Below are positions 27,501 to 39,500 of a stretch of DNA of 64,000 nucleotides, piece by piece (within the stretch, counting starts at the first letter, position 1; each line of letters starts with the position of its first letter). The DNA is from Mobula hypostoma (lineage: Eukaryota). Under the pieces are notes generated by a model that did no database searches, was not told the DNA's origin, and worked only from the letters and a program-made list of their open reading frames with translations. The position numbers and the translations under genes were made by a program. The DNA is taken from positions 50,966,001 to 51,030,000 of the forward strand of contig NC_086108.1 in the NCBI RefSeq assembly GCF_963921235.1, read 5' to 3'.

Positions 27501-30500
27501 AGCATTCTGACAGGCTGCATCACTGTCTGGTATGGAGGGGCTACTGCACGGGACCGAAAGAAGCTGCAGATGGTTGTAAATCTAGTCAGCTCCATCTTGG
27601 GCACTAGCCTACAAAGTACCTAGGTCATCTTTAGGGAGCGGTGTCTCAGAAAGGCAGCATCCATTATTAAGGACCTCTAGCACCCAGGGCATGCCCTTTC
27701 CTCACTGTTACCATCAGGTAGGAGATACAGAAGCCTTAAGCCACACACTCAGCGATTCAGGAACAGCTTCTTCTCCTCTGCCATCCGATTCCTAAATGGA
27801 CATTGACGCTTTGGACACTACCTCACTTTTTTTTTTAAATATACAGTATTTCTGTTTTGGCACATTAAAAAAAAATCTATTCAATATACATAATTGATTT
27901 ACTTGTTTATGTTTTATTTTATTTTTTTTTCTCTCTGCTAGATTATGTATTGCATTAAACTGCTGCTGCTAAGTTAACAAATTTCACGTCACATGCCAGT
28001 GATAATAAGTCTGATTCTGATTCTGATCTGTGCCAATCACGACTCTTGTGATAGTCGCATCACAGTAGTCCCTAGTCTGGACAGTGACATTGTTAATAAG
28101 ATGTCACTGTTTAGATCGGGGGAGCTGCCAAGATGCCTTGAATTTGTTTTTTTCGGTGAAAGAGTGTATTTGTGGCGATACGATGGTGCTCACCACATAT
28201 GGTGAGAAGTAGCATTCCATTTGAGTTGACGTTGCCAATGCCATTGGTCGCTATGGTCCCTACCAACTCTGGCAGTGAAGTCCTGTAACAGAATTATCTT
28301 ATCCTCCTTGAGAATGCTTGACAGTGTTGTGTCTAGGCAAGCATAGAAGGCCTCTTTTTCGTACTCATTTGAGTTTTAGAGTTGATGCATAAGCTTGGAG
28401 ATACAGAAGAACAAAGTAACCTTGGTGTATGTATGCTTATAGATGACGAAAGGCTACACCAGAAGTAGGCATGATCAATAAGAAAATGTATGGATTCTTG
28501 ACTCCGTTAGCCAGGGCAGAGAATAAAAGATAGAGGAAATGATGGTACAAATAGAGAAAATATTAGTTCTTTTACAGATGGAGTACTGGGCATAGTTCTA
28601 GTTGCCACAAAATTGTAAAACTATGATTGTACTGAAAAGGTGCAAAGGAGATCTATCAGGATGTTGCCTGGGATGGAGTAATTAAGCCGAGGAGAGACGG
28701 CATAGGCAGGATTTATTTCTTTAGAGTGGATAAAGCTAAGGGATGACCTGATTGAGATATAGAAAACTATGAGGAGACATAGATATGGTAGGTAACATTT
28801 TTCCTTGACAGCCATCCGTAACCAAAGTGCATAGGTTCAAGGAGTAGGAGATTTAGAAGAGATTTGTGAAAAATCTATTTCACCCAAAGGGTAGTTAAAA
28901 GTCTAGAATGCACTGCCGAAAGGATGGTGGAAGCAGATCCTCTCACAACGTCAAAGAAATATTTAACTGAGCAACTGAGATATCATATCAAAGCTGATTA
29001 TAGGCAGAGAGTTGGAAAGCATGAGTGCAGACAGGTGCTCAATGGCCAGTCTGCACAATAGAAAAAACAGAATCCGTTCTTGTGCTAAAATTACTTAGTG
29101 ATTCTAAATATAAAGTTAGCATTTACAGTCTTCAATTTTATTTTGCACAAGTGAATCAGACATTCAAATAAAACACACCTGCATTACTTACACATGGTTT
29201 ACTGCTGGATAGAACATTATTGACTTGTGTGCCAGTTTCCAACTGAGATCTGATCTCTGAACAGGTTACTTCATTCCCAGCAGAATTTAATACTTTCTTT
29301 CAGCCACATTGATGATATTGAATCTAAATTGCACACTATTAACCATGGTATTTTTGCAGGATTTTGCTTCATAATCACGTTGCAAAATATAACTGAACTT
29401 ATAACTTATTCTTGTTAGACTAACATAAAAACTGAAAAACTACTAACTCTGAAATACTTTGTTATTGTCAACTTAAACCTGTAGAGAATGTAGTGAAGTT
29501 TTAACTTAGGCTACTTCAATTTGTATTTTCCATCAACCATCTGATGTTAACCATTTTACACTACAGTTGATAAAATCATACAGGAATATCTTGCAGGTCA
29601 GAAAATCAACATACTTGGAAAGACTGAAACTTAATAATCCCTGCTGAGGATAATGTCTCTGCAGTATTCAGAAGATATTAAAAAGATTTTTTATAATGAT
29701 ATTTTCTGAGCTGTAGTGAAATCTAAGTTACCTTTCCTATATTCCATATGCACGCACATGAAGATAGCTGATACTCACTTTCTGAAAAATATCTTGAGCT
29801 GTCTCCTTTGACATTTTTGGTGGTCTGATAAGAAATACCCCAAGTACCAATATTCCACCTGGTAACATCCTGGCAACCTGTAATGTATGAGAAAGAAGAC
29901 ATCCTGTAGATGCTAGAAATCTTGAGCAACACGTACAAAATGGAGAAATTCCACTGATCGGGCAGCATCTATGGAGAGAAGCGAACAGTCGACGTTTCAG
30001 GCCCGAAAAGTTGGCTGTTCATTTCCCCTCATAGATGCTGACTGACCTGCTGAGTTACTCCATCATTTTGTGTGTGTATGAGAAAAGATGAAAAATGTTA
30101 ACATTATCATCTTGCTATAGCAAGAACAATACCTCTCTCTCCCCTCTCCCTCATCAGTGAGAGAAAGGGCCCACTGACATGTCGAGGTGTTGGGATGAAC
30201 AGTAGTTTTTATGAACTATAGTTCATGGTCTTTGGGGGCATGCTAATGCTTCATGGTGGGTAGTGGTGAAGGGGTGACGCTTTCTGTTGGAACAAGTGGG
30301 GGGAGGGGAGGGGGAGCGGGGAGGGTTGATACTTTGCTGCTGCTTGTGCGGTGGGAGGGGAGCTTTGAGGTTCTAACATTTTTCCGCCGTCAATTTGTTG
30401 ACCTTTTTTTCTGTTACGTGGATGTCTGCGAAGAGTAAGGATTTCAGGTTGTACACTGCATACATTCTCTGAACCATTGAACCATCATTAACAGAAAACC

Positions 30501-33500
30501 AACATTAAAAAAAAAATGATGAATACCCCATGCCCTAATTTAAATTAACAAGTGAAAGAGATAGTATTCAGCCATGGACAACAGAGAGGGACTATGGAAG
30601 CAAAGAGGGAAGAAAACTATAGTTAAGAGGAATGCAATACAAGAAGAGTCAAGTAAATAAATGGACACATGGACACAAACAGAGTTAGCAATATGCTATT
30701 TAAAACTGCTAAAGGAATAGATGATAGTATGCAAATAATGATGTGGAATGCAGTAATAAGTTATCTATTAAACTCAAGATTTGCATTTGACTGAAAATTC
30801 ATGCTAATTGCTTGCATGTTACTTGGATGGTGCTTCAACGTTAAAGGAATTATTTTTCCATACACCTTGTATTGTTCATGACAGCAGTGTTTTTTTTAAA
30901 TCACTGTTTTGCAATCAAGACACACAGTTTCCATTAGTTTGAATGCATTCTGAAAATTCAGTCTGAACTGCTAATGCTCAAAAATTGAAAATAAAATTTG
31001 TAATTGAGGAAGCTTACATTTATAATGGCATCATCCATATTAGTTATTAACAGGTTTTTAAAAAAAATTAACTAATGTTTTAACTAGATCCCAGACACTC
31101 TCGAAAGTTATAGCTTGGATTGATAAAAAAAAACATTGACCATAGACAAATTTGGATTACTCAGTGCCTGGTTTCTCCAAATGCAACGCTACAATTCAGT
31201 CAGCTGTAGTGATGGAAGAGTCCACTAGTTATTGCTCAAATACTTTTATAAAATGATGCAGAAAACACCATCTGATAAACTTTCCAGACCTTCATATTAA
31301 TACAGTTTTAAAGAGACTGCACTTGTCAGTGAGACCAGTGTGGTTCTGCTTTAGTTGTGTGCAATAAGAAAGGTAAGTACTGAATTTATGCAATTGCAGC
31401 TGTTCCTGATTTTCAGGCAGCAATTTTACAAGAATTCCTAAAAAACTGATTAAAATATATGCGAACAAGCAGAAGAGATCATAAATTAAGAGTAGCATGG
31501 CCAATCACAGTCCCAGAAAATGAATAATGGTTAAAAGTTTTAACTGCAAAGTAAAAATGACTGTGATCTTAACTTTAAGGCAAAGAAAAGTTTAAGAATG
31601 GAAGATATGACAGAAACTAGCCAGATACCCATACCCTGCTTTAAAAATTGCAAGATTCTTATTTGTTAAAACTACTCACATCTAATTAAACACAATTTTT
31701 CTTTTGTTTTAGAGACATAATTTGCAACCATATTATCAGCCTCTCAAATCAATTGCTATCCTTCATCTGCCTTACAGCAGTTGTGTCACTGTTATTCACT
31801 AAGCTCCATGCTCTCAATTTTTCTGATATTTTCTGTCCAGTCTACAGTCCATCAGAGGCTATTCAATACAAATTTTACATCAGAGGAATAATGGTTCGCT
31901 GACTCACATGCCACTTCCCAGGTCCAACACTACACTGCCATCCTAATGTAGTGTTTGTTCTCAATCAGAAGATTTAGAAAGTCTAAGTTTCAACAGATGC
32001 ACTCTCCTTTCCTCTATTCCAGATATCTACCTCCAACTGGCACTTCTTACATCTTTATTGCATGTGCTCAGTTGATTTTCATTGCACTATGAAGATATCT
32101 CCCATTCAAAACTCTCTTCCAATCCTCTTCTGCCTCACACTGCTTTATCTTTCTTCTTAGTTTCTTGCCCATTAGTTATTCCTTTTCCCAATTCTCAACT
32201 GTTTTCCTTCCACTCCCTACCATTTACTCATCACAAACTGATCATCAATCTGTCTTGCCCTGATCAATCTAAGATTTACCCCATTGTGCAGATCAACTGC
32301 ATGTAATGTTACTGGATATAAATAATTTTAAATAGAAATGCAAGAACCTTTTATAAAAAGATTTGTTTTATTATGAGACTAACCTGACGAGCATGCTCAG
32401 ATACCCACTCTATGTCACTTGCATGCATTTCATTTGGATTATCTGGTGGAAGCTCGACTTGATCTTTAAGTGGGGTTCGAGCAGCAAATATTATGTACGT
32501 TTTTGCTGCTGTAATCTGAAAATGAAATGATAAAAAATCAGATCACAGTTTCACAAAAACTACCAAAGTATTGTGAAATTTGCTTCACACATTTTTGTTG
32601 TTCCATTATTTACAATCTGACCATCACTGACAATTACCCATTAATTTACAAGTGAAAGCAAAGATTCTGGAAATTCCCATGCATTTAGCCATGACTTGAA
32701 GATAATGGTAGCTCCAATGTGTTTGTAGCTCTCATTAGAAATATGCACGGAGTGCTTGTTGTGGATCAGTGGTTCTTCCCTGATGCATGTGCATAATTTG
32801 AAAGATTTCACAAAATTATAGAAGGCTAAAAAGTATATAAATACATAATGTCAAGTTATGAAAAGAAACTACAAGTATTGTGGTTTCTTACTAGCTCTTC
32901 CTTCAGTTAGTCCTGGCGAAGGGTCTCGGCCTGAAACGTCGACTGTACCTCTTCCTAGAGATGCTGCCTGGCCTGCTGTGTTCACCAGCAACTTTGATGT
33001 GTGTTGCACAAGTATTGTAATCTTTTCAAATTAGTGTTGCCTTTCCACAGATACAAATCTTTCTTGGCCAATGTCATGGAGTCAACGAAATGTACAGCAC
33101 ATAAACAGGCCCTTCAGCCCATATAGTCCGTGCAGAACCATTTAAACTGCCTACTCCCATCGACCTGCATCGGACAATAGCCCTTCATACCCCTACCATC
33201 CATGTACCTATCTAAATTTCTCTGAAATGTTGAAATTGAGCTTGCATGCACCACTTGTGCTGGCAGCTAGTTCTACACTCTCACGATCCTCTGAGTGAAG
33301 AAGTTTCCTTTCATATTCCCCTTAAACATTTCACCATTCACCCTTAACCCATGACATCTGCTGCAGTCCCACCCAACCTCAGTGGAAAAGGCCCACTTGC
33401 ATTTACTTTATCTATACCCCTCACAGTTATGCATACCTCTATCAAATCTCCCCTCAAACTTCTAGGTTCCAAGGAATAAAGTCCTAACCTATTCAATCTT

Positions 33501-36500
33501 TCCTTATAACTCAGGTCCTCCAGACCCATACCTGTAAATTTTCACTGTAATCTTTCAACTGTGGTGACCCACTTTCCAGCGCACTCGAACCAGCTCACAA
33601 AACGGCACGCACCGGCAGAAAGGCCGGCCCCAAAAAGGGTGCCAGGCCATCTTCACCAGCAGGGGGAAAAACCCGCGCACGGGAAGGGTCTGTGAATATG
33701 CATTCCCCACAGCAGTCCTGCCCAGGGAGGGCGGGAACGGGAAGGCTTTAAAGGAGACGGCGAAGTTTGAATAAACCTCTTTTTTCGCAACTATAACTCA
33801 CTGACTACATGTCGTTATTCTAGCGCTGTGTGTAGCACACCGCTACATTTGGTGACCCCGATGGCCCAAACGATATTTGGACCAGAGATGACCGACGCCG
33901 CATCTGTTCATGCAGTTTCATTAAAACTGCCAAGCTTCTGGATGCTGCGAGCTCGCCTATGGTTCGAACAAGCAGAAGCCCAATTCCACATTCGTCAGAT
34001 AACCTCAGATTCCACTCGTTACTACTACGTGGTGAGCTCCCTCGACCAGAAGACAGCTGCACAAGTTGAGGAGTTTATACAGTCGCCCCCGGAGGATGGC
34101 AAATACATAGCATTCAAAGCCCTGCTCATAAGGCCTTTTGGACTCTCACGGCGCGAGCGAGCTGCCTGCTTACTGCACCTGGATGGTTTGGGAGACAGGC
34201 TGCCGTCGGCAGTAATGAACGAAATGATAGCCCTGGCTGAAGGACACAGACCCCGCCTCATGTTTGAGCAGGCATTCCTAGAGCAACTGCCCGAGGACAT
34301 ATGCCTGCTGCTGTCTGACGCAGATTTCAGCGACCCCCGGAAGGTGGTCGCCTGGGCAGATGTGCTGTGGAATGCCAAGAAGGAGAGGGGGCGCCCGTCG
34401 CACAGATCACCAAGCCGCGTGTCCAACGGCAGACCAGACCAGGCCCGGCAGCAGAGCCTACAAAACCCAGCGATGGGAGTGAGGAGCCCAACGAACAATG
34501 GTGCTTCTACCACCAGCGGTGGGGCACAGAGGCCCGCCACTGTAGACCGCCCTGCAAATTACTGGGAAACGCCAGGCCGCTGGCCATCAGGACAGCCTCC
34601 TGTATGTCTGGGACAAGCAGTTGGGACGCCGCTTTTTGGTCGACACCGGAGCGGAGATCAGCATTTTACCTCCAACAAGTTACGACACCCGCAATAGAAA
34701 ACCGGGACCCACCCTGAGGGCCGCAAATGGCAGCACAATACAGACCTACGGCACCCGCACGGTGCGGCTACAGTTCAGCTCCAGCCGGTTCACGTGGGAC
34801 TTCACACTGGCCGCCGTGGCCCAACCACTCCTGGGGGCGGATTTTCTGCGAGCTCACAGCCTGCTGTTCGATTTGCAAGGGAAGAGACTAGTCCACGCCA
34901 AGACTTTTCAAACGTTCTCCCTGGGTGAAGCACAGTTGCCAGCCCCTCACCTGGACTCCATCACACTATCCAACAACGAATTCACCAAGGTCCTGGTGAA
35001 TTTCCCATCAGTTCTGACACCGCAGTTCACGGCAGCCATGCCCAGACACGGAGTACAGCACTACATCCCGATCCAGGGACCACCCCGCCACGCCCGTGCT
35101 CAAAGGCTTCCCCTGGACAAGCTCCAACTGGCGAAGGAGGAGTTCAAGAAGTTGGAGGAATTGGAGATCATACGACGGTCCGACAGCCCGTGGGCTTCCC
35201 TCCTGCACATGGTGCCCAAGGCAATGGGGCGGGGGGGGGGGGCTGGAGACCATGCGGCGACTACCGCAGACTGAACGAGGCTACAACGCCAGACCGCTAC
35301 CCTGTGCCGCACATTCAAGACTTTGCAACAAACCTACACGGCACAAGGATCTTTTCCAAGGTAGACCTCATCCAGGGATAGAATCAAATCCCGGTACATC
35401 CGGACGACATGCCCAAAACAACACTCATCACCCCATTCGGCCTTTTCGAATTTCTCCGAATGCCGTTTGGCCTAAAGAATGCCGCACAGACGTTTCAGCG
35501 GCTAATGGACGCGGTGGGACGCGACCTGGACTTTGCATTCATCTATTTGGACGACATCCTCATAGCCAGCAGTAGTCGTCAGGAGCATCTGTCCCACCTC
35601 CGTCAACTCTATGCCCGACTGAGTGAATTCGGCCTTACAATCAACCTGGCCAAATGCCAGTTTGGACTCGACATCATCGACTTCCTGGGCCACAGGATTA
35701 CTAAAGACGGGGCAACCCCTCTGCCCGCCACTTCGCCCGGCCCAACACAATCAAAGGCCTGCAGAAATTCGTAGGTATGGTGAATTTCTACCAGCGCTTC
35801 CTCCCCTCAGCAGCCCGAATCATGCGCCCCCTGTTCACCCTGATGTCGGGTAAGGGCAAGGACATTAAGAGGCCGCAGCCACTTTTGGTAAAACCAAAGA
35901 AGCCTTGGCAAACACCGCGATGCTAGTGCACCCCAGAACGGGATGCAGGCAGGAGGTACCTTTATGGGCTGCTGCTCCACACCCTCCACTTCCTAGCCTT
36001 TGTCCACCGTCCCGACACGCCATGGCGGTCGGTCTTTCCACCTGGAGGTGAGGGGGGTCCCCAATGGAAGTCCCTTTACAAGGGAGTCCTCCCCATGCAC
36101 CTTTGGGATCTCGGCTGGAGGGTGCTGCATAAAGCGGTGCCCTGCAATAAGTTCTTTAGTCTGTACACGGATCTCCCAGCCGCGTGTCACTTCTGCGGGC
36201 TGGAGGAGACCGTGTACCACATGTACACGGAGTGTGTGAGGCTGCAGCCCCTTTTCGCGTTTTTGCGTGGGCTGCTTCTCGCCTTCTGGTTGCATTTCAG
36301 TCCCACCCTATTTATATATGGTCATCCAGTAAGGAGGGGGGCACAGAGGGATGAGGATGTCCTTGTCAACTTGCTCCTGGGGCTGGCGAAAATTGCCATC
36401 CGGGGCTCCTGGAAAAGGGTGGCAGGAGGTTCTCCCCAGGCGGACTGCCTGGCTATGTTTAGGGGGTATGTTCGTGCCCGGGTGAACATTGAAAAGGAAT

Positions 36501-39500
36501 ACGCACAGTCCACGGCGACTGTAGAGGTGTTCCGGGACCGTTGGGCTCCGCGGGGTGTAAATGCCATCATTGATGAGGATGGCAATATATTGGTTTAAGA
36601 TGTATTGTCTGTTTGTAGTGTAGTAAATATGTTAGTCACTGGGTTTGTAAATATTGTATAGCACCGACATTTGTAATAAAGAATTTTTTTTAAAAAAAGA
36701 AAAAAAAAAAGAACGGACGTTCCTACTGCCCTCACAGTGGACACATCCAACACAGCGGTCGGTGGAGTGCTGGAACAACTCATCGAGGGTCGCTGGCAAC
36801 CCCTGGCGTTCTTCAGCAAACACCTACAACCACCCGAACTCCAAAACAGTGCTTTCAACCGGGAGCTATTGGCACTATACCTGGCAATCCGGCATTTCAG
36901 GTACTTCTTAGAAGGTAGGCCCTTCACCGCGTTCACGGACCACAAACCGCTTACCTTTGTGTTCACTAAGGTGTCCAATCCCTGGTCGTCCCACCAGCAG
37001 CGACATCTGTCCTACATCTCCGAATACATGATGGACATCCGGCATGTCTCAGGAAAGGACAATGTCGTGGCGGACACACTATCCAGACCTACCATACAGG
37101 CCCTGTCCCAGGGGGTGGACTATGCAGCGCTGGCGAAGGCACAGCAGGCAGACGATGAGATCCCCAGTTACAGAACCGCGGTCTTCGGTTTGCAGCTCCA
37201 AGATTCCCCGTAGGCCCAGGTGACAGGACCCTACTGTGTGACGTAGCTACCAGCCAACCCCACCCCGTTGTCCCGGCAGCCTGGTCGCGGCGAGTTTTCG
37301 ACTCCATTCACAACTTAGCGCACCCCTCCATCAGGACAACCGTCTGGCTGGTCTCCAACAAGTTCATTTGGCATGGACTTCGTAAACAGGTCAGTGAATG
37401 GGCCAAAACGTGCATGCAGTGCCAAACGGCCAAGGTGCAGCGGCACACCAAGGCTCCGCCGCAGCGGTTCAAACCCACCCGCCGGAGGTTCGACCACATC
37501 CATGTGGATATCGTGGGGCCCCTGCCGGTGTCATGAGGAGCACAGTACCTCCAAAGTATCGTAGACCGGTTCACCAGATGGCCAGAGGCCGTCCCGCTCA
37601 CCAAGACCACCTCCGAATCCTGCGCCCGAGCACTGATCGCAACCTGGGTAGCACGCTTTGGGGTACCAGCCCATATTACCTCCGACAGGGGTGCCCAGTT
37701 CACATCCAGTCTGTGGTCAGCTATGGCCAGCCTTTTAGGAACACAGCTACACCACACAACTGCCTACCACCCACAGTCGAACAGACTAGTGGAGCGTTTC
37801 CACCATCCCCTGAAGTCAGCTCTCATGGCCCGCCTAGAAGGGCCTAACTAGGTGGACGAGCTTCCCTGGGTCCTGCTTGGAATCCGCATGGCGTCCAGAG
37901 AGGATCTGCACACCTCGTCGGCCGAGCTGGTGTACGGCGCACTCCTGGTAGTCCCAGGAGAGTTCATACCGGCCCCAAGGGGGCAAGAGGAGGAACCTGC
38001 AGCAGTCCTGGACAGCCTACATGAGAGGCTCGGTAACCTGGCCCCCATACCCACTTCACAGCACGGACAGAACCCGACCTGCGTACCCAAAGATCTGCAG
38101 AACTGTAAGTTTCTTTTTGTACAACGGGGCAGACACCGGGCACCGCTACAGCAGCACTATGAGGGGCCGTTTAAGGTGATCAGGAACAACGGGCCCACGT
38201 TCGTGCTGGACACTGGGGGGGAAAGAGGAGGTTTTCACAGCGGACTGACTCAAACCGGCCCATGTGGACTTGGCGCAGCCAGTCCGGGCTCAGGCACTGC
38301 CGCACAGAGGTAGACCTCCCAAACAGAGGCCGATCCAGACTGTGGACATTGGGGGATGTATCGCTGGTTCTGGGGGGGCGGTTTGTTATGTGGTGACCCA
38401 CTTTCCAGCGCACTCGTACCGGCTCACAAAACGGCGCGTGCCGGCAGACAGGCCGGCCCCAAAAAGGGCGCCAGGCCATCTTCACCAGCAGGGGGAAAAA
38501 CCCACGCACGGAAAGGGTCTGTGAATATGCATTCCCCACAGCAGTCCCGCCCAGGGAGGGCAGGAACGGGAAGGCTTTAAAGGAGGCCGCGAAGTTTGAA
38601 TAAACCTCTTTTTTCGCAACTATAACTCACTGACGTGTCGTTATTCTAGCGCTGTGTAGCACACCGCTACACAACCTTATTTACATCTTTACTGTAGGTA
38701 GGTGACCAAATCTGCACACAGTATTCCAAGTTAGGCCTCACCAATGTCTTATACAACTACAACATAACATCCCAACTCCTGTACTCAATACTTTGATTTC
38801 TGGAAGTCCAATGTGCCAAAAACTTTCCTTATGACCCTATCTACCAGTAATGTCACTTTCAACGGATGGTAGCCTGAATTCCGAGATTCCTTTGTCCTAC
38901 CACACTCCTCGGTGCCCTACCATTCATTGTGTAAGACCTACCCTGGATGGACCAAAGTGCAACACCTAGCATTTGTCTGCATTAAATTTCATATGCCATT
39001 TCTCAGCCCATTTTTCCAGCTAGTCCAGATCCCACTGTAAGCCATGATAGCCTTCCTCACTGACTACTACACCCCTAATTTTGGTGTTATCCACAAATTT
39101 GCTTATCCAGTTAACTGCATTATCATCTAGATCCATTGATATACATAGATGACAAACAACAATGGACCCAGCATTGATCCCTGTGGCACCCCACTGGTCA
39201 CAAGCTTCCAGTCAGAGAGGCAACCATCTACTACTACTCTTTGGCTTCTCCCACAAAGCTGATGTCTAATCTAATTTACTACTTCATCTTGAATGCTGAG
39301 AGACTGAACCTTCTTGATCAACCTCCTATATGGGACCTTGTCAAATGTCTTATTAAAGTCGACGTAGACAACATCCACTGCCCTGTCTTCATCAACTTTC
39401 CCGGTAACTTCCTCAAATATCTCCATAAGAGTAGTTAGACCTGACCTGCATGACCTGTTGACTACCCTTAATCAGTCCATGTTTATCCAAATGTTTATAT

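Larger units (their letters stand above)
33560..38671 (+). mobile_element. Full-length Ty3/Gypsy LTR retrotransposon, pseudogenised
   Basis: TG...CA LTRs, TSD CAAC (33556-33559, 38672-38675), gag ([24 protein letters not shown]), protease LVDTGA, RT YLDD, RNase H (TDHKPL), integrase with YEGPF; PR-RT-RH-IN order; stops and frameshifts. Confidence 0.96.

Noticed and set aside
32908..32945. Third intact hammerhead
   Set aside because: Core reads CUGGCGA (A6 to G), expected to be inactivating; kept only as a decayed copy.
35226..35242. Possible programmed frameshift in Gypsy RT at a G-run
   Set aside because: Homopolymer expansion or sequencing error in an element that has several other stops and frameshifts.
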